A stretch of DNA of 64,000 nt from Patescibacteria group bacterium (GTDB lineage Bacteria; Patescibacteriota; Microgenomatia; Levybacterales; GWA1-39-11): positions 1,910 to 65,909 of the forward strand of contig DASZRG010000043.1 in assembly GCA_035549295.1 (NCBI GenBank), given 5' to 3'. Shown here in pieces: positions 1 to 7,745 of the stretch. The position numbers and the translations under genes are program-made. Each line of letters opens with the position of its first letter. Within the stretch, counting starts at the first letter, position 1. The notes below the pieces were generated by a model. That model saw only the letters and a list, made by a program, of their open reading frames with translations. It was not told where the DNA came from and did not search any database.

Positions 1-340
1 CTCGAGCACCATCGGCGAGTGCCTTGACTCTACCGTGGTAGCGATATGACCCTTTATCAAAGACTATTTCTTTCACTTTTTTGTCGATTGCAGCTTTTGC
101 GATCAACTTACCAACCTCAGCAGCTCTTTGGGTTTTGTTGAGCTTTTTATCCTCAATTGCTGCCTCACTTGCTGAAGCTAAAGTCGAACCTTTTTTATCG
201 TCAATTACCTGAGCATAAATATATTTATTTGATCTGAATACAGAAAGCCTAGGCAATACGCCATTTGCCAAAATTTTTCGGCGAATACGATTTTGACGTC
301 GTGATTTTCTAATTTTTTTAACTTTTTCTTCTTTTTGCAT
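1..340 (-). CDS. rplR: 50S ribosomal protein L18 (N-terminal part; gene runs off the window start)
   Basis: The reverse-strand translation starts with ATG at 338-340 and reads [48 protein letters not shown], which is typical of L18. It lies immediately upstream of L6, in the canonical spc order. Confidence 0.8.
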   Translation of the reverse strand, partial: MQKEEKVKKIRKSRRQNRIRRKILANGVLPRLSVFRSNKYIYAQVIDDKKGSTLASASEAAIEDKKLNKTQRAAEVGKLIAKAAIDKKVKEIVFDKGSYRYHGRVKALADGAR

Positions 341-341
341 A

Positions 342-890
342 TTATTTACCTGCAACTGCTTTTGCAGCTTTTCCAACTTTTCTTCTCAATTTTTCACCCA
401 TGTATTTTATTCCTTTTCCTTTGTAAGGATCTGGTGGGCGAACTTTTCTTATATCCGATGCGACGTCTCCAACAAGCTGCTTGTTGGCACCCGCAACAGT
501 AATAACATTTTCTGCGACTGTTATTGTAACACCTGTGACAGGAGACACCTTAACAGGAAGCGAATAACCCACATTTAAAACTAGATCTGTACCATCGACT
601 CTTGCGCGATAACCGACTCCTGTTAACTCAAGCTTTTTCTCAAAACCTTGATTAACTCCTGTCATCATGTTGGCAACAAGTGCGCGAACAAGACCTGCAT
701 ACTTTTCAACTTCTTGTGTCGCAAGAGTCTTTTTAATCCTAACACTATTATCTTCAACAACAAGCTCAATACCATCAGGCATCTTTTCTTCAAGACTACC
801 CTTTGGCCCCGTCACAACTATTTTTCCGTTTTGAACGGTTACTGTTGATCCGGTTTGAATTTGTACTAATTTTTTTGCTATGTTTGACAT
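342..890 (-). CDS. rplF: 50S ribosomal protein L6
   Basis: The 182 aa ORF has the L6 duplicated-domain sequence ([14 protein letters not shown] ... [10 protein letters not shown]). Its position between L18 and S8 matches the spc operon. Confidence 0.95.
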   Translation of the reverse strand: MSNIAKKLVQIQTGSTVTVQNGKIVVTGPKGSLEEKMPDGIELVVEDNSVRIKKTLATQEVEKYAGLVRALVANMMTGVNQGFEKKLELTGVGYRARVDGTDLVLNVGYSLPVKVSPVTGVTITVAENVITVAGANKQLVGDVASDIRKVRPPDPYKGKGIKYMGEKLRRKVGKAAKAVAGK

Positions 891-966
891 ACTTTATATA
901 TTAAATATTAGATATTGCATATTATATTTTTTGAAATTTTATAATCTACAGTATATTATCTATTTC

Positions 967-1392
967 TTAAAAAATTTGAGCTATGAGCTCTCCCCCAACA
1001 CCAGTCTTTGTCGCTTCACGACTTGTCATAATTCCCTTGCTCGTTGATACAATTCCCATACCATGTCTTGAGACAGCAGTTTTTAGCTTCGTACGACCAA
1101 CGTAGTGATGCACTGATGGTTTTGAAACAATTTTTACGTCGACTATTGCAGGCATCCTATTTGTGTATTTAAGATCAATTTCCAAAAATTTCTTCTCAGT
1201 TGTAACTTTTGATCCAGCTCTCTTAGCCTTATCAAATTTTTCAGTTTTTGTTTTTATTTTTCCAACAAAACCTTCTTTTTCAAGAATTGCAGCAATAGAT
1301 GCAACCACGTTTGAATGTGGATAAACCAATTGCTTTTTTCGGGCTTGATACCCGTTTTTAACTTGTATTAAGAAATCTCCGATTGTATACAT
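967..1392 (-). CDS. rpsH: 30S ribosomal protein S8
   Basis: The 141 aa ORF starts MYTIGDFLIQVKNGY and ends ...GGELIAQIF, matching S8. Operon position agrees. Confidence 0.95.
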   Translation of the reverse strand: MYTIGDFLIQVKNGYQARKKQLVYPHSNVVASIAAILEKEGFVGKIKTKTEKFDKAKRAGSKVTTEKKFLEIDLKYTNRMPAIVDVKIVSKPSVHHYVGRTKLKTAVSRHGMGIVSTSKGIMTSREATKTGVGGELIAQIF

Positions 1393-1463
1393 ATTTTTTG
1401 CTTTTGGCGTTTGGCTCTTGGCGATTAGTTTCTAATTGCCAACTCCCAACCCCTAACTCCCAA
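1393..1463. repeat. Intergenic hairpin repeat, type A (a TTGGCK-rich arm facing a CTAACCCCTAA-rich arm), at the S8/S14 junction
   Basis: The junction reads TTGGCGTTTGGCTCTTGGCGATTAG-TTTCTAA-TTGCCAACTCCCAACCCCTAACTCCCAA. The two arms can pair if G-U wobbles are allowed. Confidence 0.75.
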
Positions 1464-1649
1464 TTACCAGCTGGCTTTTTTAACCCCTGGCAATTCTCCG
1501 CGTAATGCTCGCTCACGAAAACATATTCGGCAAAGACCAAATAGTCTCATGTAACCACGTGATCTACCACATAATTTACATATATTTTTTTGCCTAGTAC
1601 TAAATTTAGGCTTTCTAGAATTTTTTACTATGTTTGATAATTTGGCCAT
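1464..1649 (-). CDS. rpsN: 30S ribosomal protein S14, zinc-binding type Z
   Basis: The 61 aa ORF carries the CKLCGR ... CRIC zinc-ribbon motifs of S14 type Z. Its start is adjacent to or overlaps the L5 stop. Confidence 0.9.
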   Translation of the reverse strand: MAKLSNIVKNSRKPKFSTRQKNICKLCGRSRGYMRLFGLCRICFRERALRGELPGVKKASW

Positions 1650-2200
1650 TAGTTCTTTGCCTCCTTTTTAAAAGGCATGCCCATTGCGCCAAGCAAAGCG
1701 CGCCCTTTTACATCATCTCCTGCAGATGTAACTATTGTTACCTGAAGACTGCGAACCTTATCAACTTTACCCGGGTCTATCTCTGCAAATACAGTTGTTT
1801 CAGTAAACCCAAGAGTTAAATTTCCTCGACCATCAAAAGCCGATGCATCAATCCCTGTAAAGTCACGAACCGCAGGAAAAATGATTTTAACAAGTTTTTC
1901 CATAAAATCATACATGCGCTTACCTCGAAGAGTAACATACATGCCTATTTCGTCTCCTTCTCGAAGCTTAAAAGTAGCAACAGATACCCTTGCTTTTGCA
2001 ATTTTTGGTGCTTGACCCGTAATAAGAGATAAATCTTCTTTCATTCTCTCAATATTCTTTTTATCAGATAGGAAATCTTTCATGGATGTATTAACCATAA
2101 TTTTCTTAATCCTTGGTATTGCCATAGGATTTTTAATAGATAATTCATCCATTAACTTCTTGACTGTTTCTGATTCAAATTGTTTTTTATAATCACTCAT
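1649..2200 (-). CDS. rplE: 50S ribosomal protein L5
   Basis: The 183 aa ORF shows L5 family sequence and lies between L24 and S14 in operon order. Confidence 0.95.
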   Translation of the reverse strand: MSDYKKQFESETVKKLMDELSIKNPMAIPRIKKIMVNTSMKDFLSDKKNIERMKEDLSLITGQAPKIAKARVSVATFKLREGDEIGMYVTLRGKRMYDFMEKLVKIIFPAVRDFTGIDASAFDGRGNLTLGFTETTVFAEIDPGKVDKVRSLQVTIVTSAGDDVKGRALLGAMGMPFKKEAKN

Positions 2201-2290
2201 AATTTTAGATATTAGTAATTAGATATTAGTTACTAGGTAATTTCCTAGTTACTAGTATCTAGTAACTATTTCCTAGCCCTGTCTCTGTTT
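2201..2290. repeat. Intergenic hairpin repeat, type B (TAGATATTAG units facing CTAGTAACTAG units), at the L5/L24 junction
   Basis: TTAGATATTAGTAATTAGATATTAGTTACTAGGTAATTTCCTAGTTACTAGTATCTAGTAACTATTTCCTAG. Confidence 0.75.
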
Positions 2291-2390
2291 GTGTTTTGGA
2301 TTTTCGCAAATTATATACAATCGTCCTCTTCTTTTAACGATTTTACATTTGTTACATCTTTTTTTTACTGACGCTTGCACCTTCATATTT

Positions 2391-2699
2391 TTAATCAATT
2401 GGCTTCAAACATTTTCTACAAATGCGAACCTTTGCTCCTTTTTCAATCTTCAAACCAATTCTTGTTGCTTTGTGACATTTTGGACAAACAATCGCAACTT
2501 TTGACGATACCATAGGCTTGGTTATCGTTATAATCTCTGACTTTTCGTTCTGAGAACGGGCTTTAACATGTCTTTTATATTCATTGATTCCCGGTACCAA
2601 AACTGTATTTTTGTCAGGATTGACAACTTCAACCTTTCCGGTTTTACCGTTGTCTCGTCCCATTAAAACTTTTATTGTATCTCCCTTTTTTATTTTCAT
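2391..2699 (-). CDS. rplX: 50S ribosomal protein L24, with the C-terminal hairpin converted to a C4 zinc ribbon
   Basis: An N-terminal KOW-like segment ([23 protein letters not shown]) is followed by CPKCHK ... CRKC in the C-terminal region. The gene lies between L14 and L5. Confidence 0.9.
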   Translation of the reverse strand: MKIKKGDTIKVLMGRDNGKTGKVEVVNPDKNTVLVPGINEYKRHVKARSQNEKSEIITITKPMVSSKVAIVCPKCHKATRIGLKIEKGAKVRICRKCLKPID

Positions 2700-2766
2700 A
2701 TATTTTAGCTTTTAGCTCTTGGCGGTTAGTAAAAACTAATTGCTAACCCCTAAGCGCCAACCCCTT
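2700..2766. repeat. Type A hairpin repeat at the L24/L14 junction
   Basis: AGCTCTTGGCGGTTAGTAAAAACTAATTGCTAACCCCTAAGCGCCAACCCC. Confidence 0.75.
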
Positions 2767-3141
2767 TTACACTACGTGATTTGCAAGTGATGCAATTTTC
2801 GCGTAACCCAAATCTTTTATCTCTCGAGCGATAGGTCCAAAAATTCTAGTCCCCATCGGATTTTTTGATTTTTCATTTTCTACTATAACTCCAGCATTTT
2901 CAGAAAATCTGATATATGTTCCATCGTCACGTCTGTACTCTTTTCTTGTTCTAACGAGAACAACTTTTACTTTGTCTCCTTTTTTAAATTGAGTGTTTGG
3001 AAGTGCTTTCTTAACAACACATCCGAGATATGATCCAAGTTCTCCTTTTCTTCTCTTTGAACCACCATAGATATGTATAACTTGAAGGATTTTAGCCCCC
3101 GTGTTATCCGCAACTGTTAACATTGTTCTGTGCTGTACCAT
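2767..3141 (-). CDS. rplN: 50S ribosomal protein L14
   Basis: The N-terminus MVQHRTMLTVADNTGAK aligns with the L14 N-terminus MIQEQTMLNVADNSGAR. Confidence 0.95.
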   Translation of the reverse strand: MVQHRTMLTVADNTGAKILQVIHIYGGSKRRKGELGSYLGCVVKKALPNTQFKKGDKVKVVLVRTRKEYRRDDGTYIRFSENAGVIVENEKSKNPMGTRIFGPIAREIKDLGYAKIASLANHVV

Positions 3142-3215
3142 ATGTTTGCTTTTGGCGCTTGGCTTTTGGTGTTTGGTTTGCGTTTTAAAATTAACTAAAC
3201 GCTAACCCCTAAACC
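3142..3215. repeat. Type A hairpin repeat at the L14/S17 junction
   Basis: GCTTTTGGCGCTTGGCTTTTGGTGTTTGGTTTGCG ... ACTAAACGCTAACCCCTAAACCCTAAACGC. Confidence 0.75.
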
Positions 3216-3470
3216 CTAAACGCTTTTTGCTCCTTCCTTAATAATTCCTATAACCTTAAAATTTTTATCGCGACTCATTGGTCTTGTTTGTTCAATTTTT
3301 ACGTTTTGACCAACCATAAGCGCCATTCCAGCAGTATCTGCTTTTAAGTTAGTTGTTCGTCTCAACATTTTTTTGTAAATAGGATGCTTTACAAATCTTT
3401 CGATCTCAACGACAACCGTATTTTGCATTTTTGTCGATTTTACTCTTCCGATAAATGTTTTTTTAGCCAT
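3216..3470 (-). CDS. rpsQ: 30S ribosomal protein S17
   Basis: The 84 aa ORF has an OB-fold S17 sequence (GRVKSTKMQNTVVVEIER) and sits in the S17 operon position. Confidence 0.9.
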   Translation of the reverse strand: MAKKTFIGRVKSTKMQNTVVVEIERFVKHPIYKKMLRRTTNLKADTAGMALMVGQNVKIEQTRPMSRDKNFKVIGIIKEGAKSV

Positions 3471-3528
3471 ATTTATTAGAAATTAGATACTAGAAATTAG
3501 ATACTAGGAATTTCCTAGTTTCTAGTCT
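3471..3528. repeat. Type B hairpin repeat at the S17/L29 junction
   Basis: TTAGAAATTAGATACTAGAAATTAGATACTAGGAATTTCCTAGTTTCTAGTCTCTAGTGACTAG. Confidence 0.75.
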
Positions 3529-3789
3529 CTAGTGACTAGTCTCTCCTTTCGCGCGTGATTTATTTTTTACTTTTTCTTCTTCAAAAACTTGCCCCATTTC
3601 TTTCAAAGACATGAAAGTCAAAACTCTTGCTATGTCTTTATTCTTGGCGCGTCGCGCATTCATGTTTTTTGCTTTTCCAAGTTTTTCCTCAATCGATAGC
3701 TTTGAAAGCTCTTCTCTCATGTCAAGAAGCGTGCGCTTCAACTCGTCTAACGTTTTCATTTTTAAATCTGCAATATCTGTTTTTTTCAT
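3529..3789 (-). CDS. rpmC: 50S ribosomal protein L29, with a lysine-rich C-terminal extension
   Basis: At 86 aa it is longer than the usual ~65 aa. It sits in the L29 position between L16 and S17 and has an L29-like helical N-terminus. Confidence 0.8.
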   Translation of the reverse strand: MKKTDIADLKMKTLDELKRTLLDMREELSKLSIEEKLGKAKNMNARRAKNKDIARVLTFMSLKEMGQVFEEEKVKNKSRAKGETSH

Positions 3790-3792
3790 AAT

Positions 3793-4209
3793 TTATAAAT
3801 GACCCCTTTTAATAAAGCTGCTTTTGACAGGAAGCTTGTAAGCTGCAAGTCTCAATGCTTCTTTTGCTATTTCCTCTGTAATTCCACCCATTTCAAAAAG
3901 AACACGTCCACTCTTAACTGGCGCAACATATTCATGTATGTCGCCTTTTCCGCCACCCATTCTAGTCTCCGGGGGTTTTCTAGTGATAGGTCTGTCTGGA
4001 AAAATTCTTATCCAGATTCTTCCCCCACGCTTCGTAAAATGAGTGATAGACTTTCGAGCAGCCTCTATTTGTCGGCTGGAAATATTTCCTGACGCGTCGG
4101 CTCGAAGCCCAAACTCACCAAACGAAACCTTGTTGCCGGCAAATGCTATTTGGCCAGCGACCTTTGGTTTAAATTGTTTTCTATATTTTGATCTTCTTGG
4201 CGTTAACAT
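3793..4209 (-). CDS. rplP: 50S ribosomal protein L16
   Basis: The 138 aa ORF shows the L16 signature [12 protein letters not shown] ... GGGKG. Confidence 0.95.
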   Translation of the reverse strand: MLTPRRSKYRKQFKPKVAGQIAFAGNKVSFGEFGLRADASGNISSRQIEAARKSITHFTKRGGRIWIRIFPDRPITRKPPETRMGGGKGDIHEYVAPVKSGRVLFEMGGITEEIAKEALRLAAYKLPVKSSFIKRGHL

Positions 4210-4276
4210 AAATTTAGCTTTTAGCGTTTAGCGTTTAGGTGTTAGTTACTAATTGCTAACCCCTAACTGCCAACTG
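4210..4276. repeat. Type A hairpin repeat at the L16/S3 junction
   Basis: TTAGCGTTTAGCGTTTAGGTGTTAGTTACTAATTGCTAACCCCTAACTGCCAACTGC. Confidence 0.75.
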
Positions 4277-4915
4277 CTACTTATTTATCCAGACTTTTAC
4301 TCCTATATATCCACTTTTTGTTAGGGCTGGATTTGATGCATAATCAATATCCTCACGAATTGTTGAAAGCGACACTTTGCCTGCCTGCAGTCTCTCGCGT
4401 CTTCCAATCTCAGCTCCTCCAATTCTTCCCGACAAAACAACTCTCACTCCCTTTGCACCTGCGCTCATAACCTTGTCAATTGTCTGCTTCATGACGCGTC
4501 TTGCAGGCATACGTCGAATAAGTTGATCCGAAATATTTGTAGCAACCAGATATGCCGAAAGATTTGGATCTTTAATAGGCTCTACTTTTAATTCAATCTT
4601 CTTTGAATTTCTCTCTTGCTTTGTTACTCCAAGCATTTTTACAATCTCACGCTTGAGATCTTCAAGACCTGAACCGCCACGACCTATTACAATTCCAGGA
4701 CGGGTAACATAAATTGTAAGCTTTATGCTTGATAGAGATCGCTCAATAATAACGTCTCCTACACCAGCCGGCTTTAGCTTTGCAAATAAAGCTTCACGAA
4801 TTTTGATATCCGAAAGAACGGTCTTTGAATATTGTTTTTTTGAATAATATCCTACGCTCTTAAAACCCTGGTGTATACCAAGACGAAGTGCTACTGGATT
4901 TACTTTTTGTCCCAT
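4277..4915 (-). CDS. rpsC: 30S ribosomal protein S3
   Basis: The 212 aa ORF starts MGQKVNPVALRLGI and carries the KH domain typical of S3. Confidence 0.95.
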   Translation of the reverse strand: MGQKVNPVALRLGIHQGFKSVGYYSKKQYSKTVLSDIKIREALFAKLKPAGVGDVIIERSLSSIKLTIYVTRPGIVIGRGGSGLEDLKREIVKMLGVTKQERNSKKIELKVEPIKDPNLSAYLVATNISDQLIRRMPARRVMKQTIDKVMSAGAKGVRVVLSGRIGGAEIGRRERLQAGKVSLSTIREDIDYASNPALTKSGYIGVKVWINK

Positions 4916-4989
4916 GATTTTTGGCTTATGGCAATTGGCTTTTGGCGGTTAGTATAAAAAACTAACTGCTAACCCCTAAACGCTAAGTG
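4916..4989. repeat. Type A hairpin repeat at the S3/L22 junction
   Basis: TTTTGGCTTATGGCAATTGGCTTTTGGCGGTTAGTATAAAAAACTAACTGCTAACCCCTAAACGCTAAG. Confidence 0.75.
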
Positions 4990-5442
4990 CTATTCGCTTT
5001 TCTCCTTTCTTACTCTTTTTGCTGCGGCTTTAATACCTGCAGTCAAACCTTTTGGCTTTGCTTCTTCGGCTGTTTCAACGGGCGCAACCGCGCGCATTGT
5101 GTCGCGAGTCTTACCATCTGCCAATATAACTCGTATGTGACTTGTTCTTCTTTTGTAGGGTCTGGTTCTTCCGCGACCAGCAAAATGAAAACGCTTCATT
5201 CCCACTCCACCGTCAACGATTATGTCTTTTATGGTCAGTTCATCTTTTTTAGCCTGAAAATTGTTGGTTGCATTAGCAACGGCTGAATCAAGTGCTTTTT
5301 TAATAGGGCCTGCAGCTCGCTTATTCATAACAGAAAGAGATGATAAAGCAACCATGAGCTTCTTCTCCTTTACGCCATCAGCAACCAAACGAACTTTTCG
5401 TGGCGATATTTTTATATTTTTTGCAATTGCTATATATTCCAT
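4990..5442 (-). CDS. rplV: 50S ribosomal protein L22, with a C-terminal Ala/Lys-rich extension
   Basis: The 150 aa ORF has an L22 core (ISPRKVRLVADGV) followed by an extra roughly 35 aa tail. Confidence 0.9.
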   Translation of the reverse strand: MEYIAIAKNIKISPRKVRLVADGVKEKKLMVALSSLSVMNKRAAGPIKKALDSAVANATNNFQAKKDELTIKDIIVDGGVGMKRFHFAGRGRTRPYKRRTSHIRVILADGKTRDTMRAVAPVETAEEAKPKGLTAGIKAAAKRVRKEKSE

Positions 5443-5518
5443 AATTCTAGATATTAGTGACTAGATATTAGATATTAGGAATTTGTTCTACTAGTTCCTA
5501 GTATCTAGTTTCTAATTA
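5443..5518. repeat. Type B hairpin repeat at the L22/S19 junction
   Basis: TCTAGATATTAGTGACTAGATATTAGATATTAGGAATTTGTTCTACTAGTTCCTAGTATCTAGTTTCTAATTACT. Confidence 0.75.
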
Positions 5519-5803
5519 CTATGTTTTACTGACCTCCCTCGCAACAACTCTCCCGTGACCTCTAAATAGTCTTGTCGGCGCGAATTCACCAAGTCTATGA
5601 CCAACCATATTTTCAACTACTTTTACAGTAATGTGATTTTTTCCATTGTGTACCAAGAAAGTAAGACCAACAAATTCTGGCGGAATTTGGCTTGCACGTG
5701 CCCAAGTCTTGATAGGTGCAACTTGCCCACTCGCGCGCTGTGCCTGAACTTTCTTCATAAGCTTCTCATCAATGTATGGTCCTTTTCTAAGTGATCTACT
5801 CAT
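5519..5803 (-). CDS. rpsS: 30S ribosomal protein S19
   Basis: The 94 aa ORF starts [12 protein letters not shown] and contains [11 protein letters not shown], matching S19. Confidence 0.95.
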   Translation of the reverse strand: MSRSLRKGPYIDEKLMKKVQAQRASGQVAPIKTWARASQIPPEFVGLTFLVHNGKNHITVKVVENMVGHRLGEFAPTRLFRGHGRVVAREVSKT

Positions 5804-5887
5804 ATTTTAAAATTAAATTGTTTAATTGCTAAAAATTGTTAAATTGTTTTAAACAATATAGCTATTCAACAATTTAGCAAATATATT

Positions 5888-6628
5888 TTACTTTCTTCTC
5901 TTAACTATATTCTTGTTTGAATATTTCTTTGGTCTTCTTGTCTTACCAACTGCCTTGCGTCCTCGGTAGGTCTTTGGTGAAGTCATACCGATTCCAGAAC
6001 GTCCTTCTCCTCCACCGTGAGGGTGAGAAGATGGATTCATCGCAACTCCGCGAACTGCTGGCCTTATACCTCGGTGTCTTGATGCTCCTGCCTTACCAAG
6101 TACTCGATCTTTCCAATCTACATTTCCGAGTTGTCCGATTGTAGCAAAATTTTTAACTAAAATCTTCCTTATTTCGCCTGAAGGCATTCTAACATATGCA
6201 TATTCACCCTCGCGAGATACTATAAAAGCTTGATTTCCTGCTGAGCGAGCAAGCTGTCCACCCCGTCCCGGGTTCAATTCGATATTGTGAATTGGCTGTC
6301 CGACCGGAATATTTGCAATCGGCATAGCGTTTCCAGGACGAATATCAACATCTACACCTGATGCAACCTTATCCCCAACCTTAAGTCCTACTGGAGCTAA
6401 TATATATCTTTTGTCTCCGTTCTTATAGTTTACCAGAGCCAGGTCAGCTGAGCGATTTGGATCATACTCTATAGCTGCAACAACACCCTCGATTCCAACA
6501 TTATTGCGCTTAAAATCAACGCTTCTGTAAAATCTTTTGTGTCGTCCACCCTGATGGCGAACAGCAACACGACCTTGCGAATCGCGCCCTGACTGTTTTT
6601 TAAGAATTGTTAGTAATTTCTTTGACAT
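5888..6628 (-). CDS. rplB: 50S ribosomal protein L2, with a shortened N-terminus
   Basis: The 246 aa ORF contains the conserved L2 motifs EYDPNRSA, GQLARSAG and HPHGGGEG. Confidence 0.95.
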   Translation of the reverse strand: MSKKLLTILKKQSGRDSQGRVAVRHQGGRHKRFYRSVDFKRNNVGIEGVVAAIEYDPNRSADLALVNYKNGDKRYILAPVGLKVGDKVASGVDVDIRPGNAMPIANIPVGQPIHNIELNPGRGGQLARSAGNQAFIVSREGEYAYVRMPSGEIRKILVKNFATIGQLGNVDWKDRVLGKAGASRHRGIRPAVRGVAMNPSSHPHGGGEGRSGIGMTSPKTYRGRKAVGKTRRPKKYSNKNIVKRRK

Positions 6629-6631
6629 GGT

Positions 6632-6976
6632 TTATTTCTTCGTTTCTTTCTCTTTTTTCTTATCTTCTTTCTTTTCTTCCCCGGTACTCTCTTCAAAAAT
6701 TGCTATTTTTTGTCCATTTGCCAGCTTTACGCGTGCTTTTTTATAATCAGCAGGAAGAATTCTGCGACCTGTTCTTGTATTTCTTGTTTTTGTTCCTTTA
6801 ATATTTGCTGTGTAAACATTTCTAACATCAACGCTAAAAAGCATCTCAACGGCATTTTTGATATCAGTTTTAGTAGCTGCTTTATCCACTAAAAATGTAT
6901 ATTTACCCGCTTTTGCCTCAGTAAATGACTTTTCAGAAATAATTGGTTTTACTAAAAAGCTTGCAAAATTTTTCAT
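6632..6976 (-). CDS. rplW: 50S ribosomal protein L23
   Basis: The 114 aa ORF has L23-like sequence and sits between L4 and L2. It has a Glu/Lys-rich tail. Confidence 0.9.
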   Translation of the reverse strand: MKNFASFLVKPIISEKSFTEAKAGKYTFLVDKAATKTDIKNAVEMLFSVDVRNVYTANIKGTKTRNTRTGRRILPADYKKARVKLANGQKIAIFEESTGEEKKEDKKKEKETKK

Positions 6977-6977
6977 A

Positions 6978-7745
6978 TTATTTTCCTAAAAATACCTTCT
7001 CAAGCGTTGGGATTGAATCCTTGGTAATAACCAAGTAGCTACTATTCAAAACTTCATAAGTGTTGATGCTGTGAGTTGGTAATACGCTCGCGCCATCAAT
7101 ATTTCTAACTGATCTAACAACACTCTTTGCGTCTGCAACAAAAAGGAATTTGTTTGTTTTATTCTTCTTTGTTACAACTTCAAGTGTTTTAAGCAATTTA
7201 TTCATTTCGGATGTTTTTCCTGATGCGCCGGTTACATCAATTGCAATAATTCGACCAGCAGCTAACTTTTGTGAAAGAGCTGAAAAAATTGCTTTTTTCT
7301 TCATTTGTTTTGATAATTTAAGCTCAAAATTGCGAGGTTTTGGACCATGTGCAATTCCTCCTCCAACAAAAATAGGTGCTTTTATCGCTCCGTGACGTGC
7401 ACGACCTGTACCTTTTTGTCTATAAATTTTTCTAGTTGAACCGATAACTTCTCCGCGAGTCTTGGTAGACGCTGTACCTTGTCTTTGGTTAACCAAATAA
7501 ACACGAATCGCCTGAGTCATAAGATCTTCATTGATCTTTGCTCCAAATATCTCTGCTGGAAGACTAATTGTTCCGCTTTTTGCACCATCTATACTAAAAA
7601 CAGGGAGTGAGAGACTTGTGCTCTTTGCAGTAACTGTCTTTTCGGCTTTAGGTGCAGCAGCACGTGAAACAGCAACAACTTTTGCCTTTTGTGTTGTTGA
7701 ACTTTTGATATTTGATTTTTGATTTTTGATCTTACTTTCCGGCAT
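6978..7745 (-). CDS. rplD: 50S ribosomal protein L4. Start placed at the internal ATG 7743-7745; the tracked ORF extends to 7835 but would overlap rplC
   Basis: The L4 core is present (QRQGTASTKTRGEV ... GPKPRNF). An AAGGAGGAGG ribosome-binding site lies just upstream of the ATG at 7745, and the L3 stop is at 7732. Confidence 0.88.
   Translation of the reverse strand: MPESKIKNQKSNIKSSTTQKAKVVAVSRAAAPKAEKTVTAKSTSLSLPVFSIDGAKSGTISLPAEIFGAKINEDLMTQAIRVYLVNQRQGTASTKTRGEVIGSTRKIYRQKGTGRARHGAIKAPIFVGGGIAHGPKPRNFELKLSKQMKKKAIFSALSQKLAAGRIIAIDVTGASGKTSEMNKLLKTLEVVTKKNKTNKFLFVADAKSVVRSVRNIDGASVLPTHSINTYEVLNSSYLVITKDSIPTLEKVFLGK

Noticed and set aside
648-848. Plus-strand ORFs antisense to ribosomal-protein, tuf, rpoB/rpoC and fusA genes (for example 648-848, 7719-8039, 11166-11579, 31888-32193, 44935-45201)
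   Set aside because: They are embedded in the opposite strand of highly conserved genes and show no motif or context support. They are typical shadow ORFs.
3186-3215. Telomere-like CCCTAAACCCTAAA runs inside the type A elements
   Set aside because: Only two or three units occur. They are part of the CTAACCCCTAA arm of a bacterial intergenic hairpin, so the resemblance is a coincidence.
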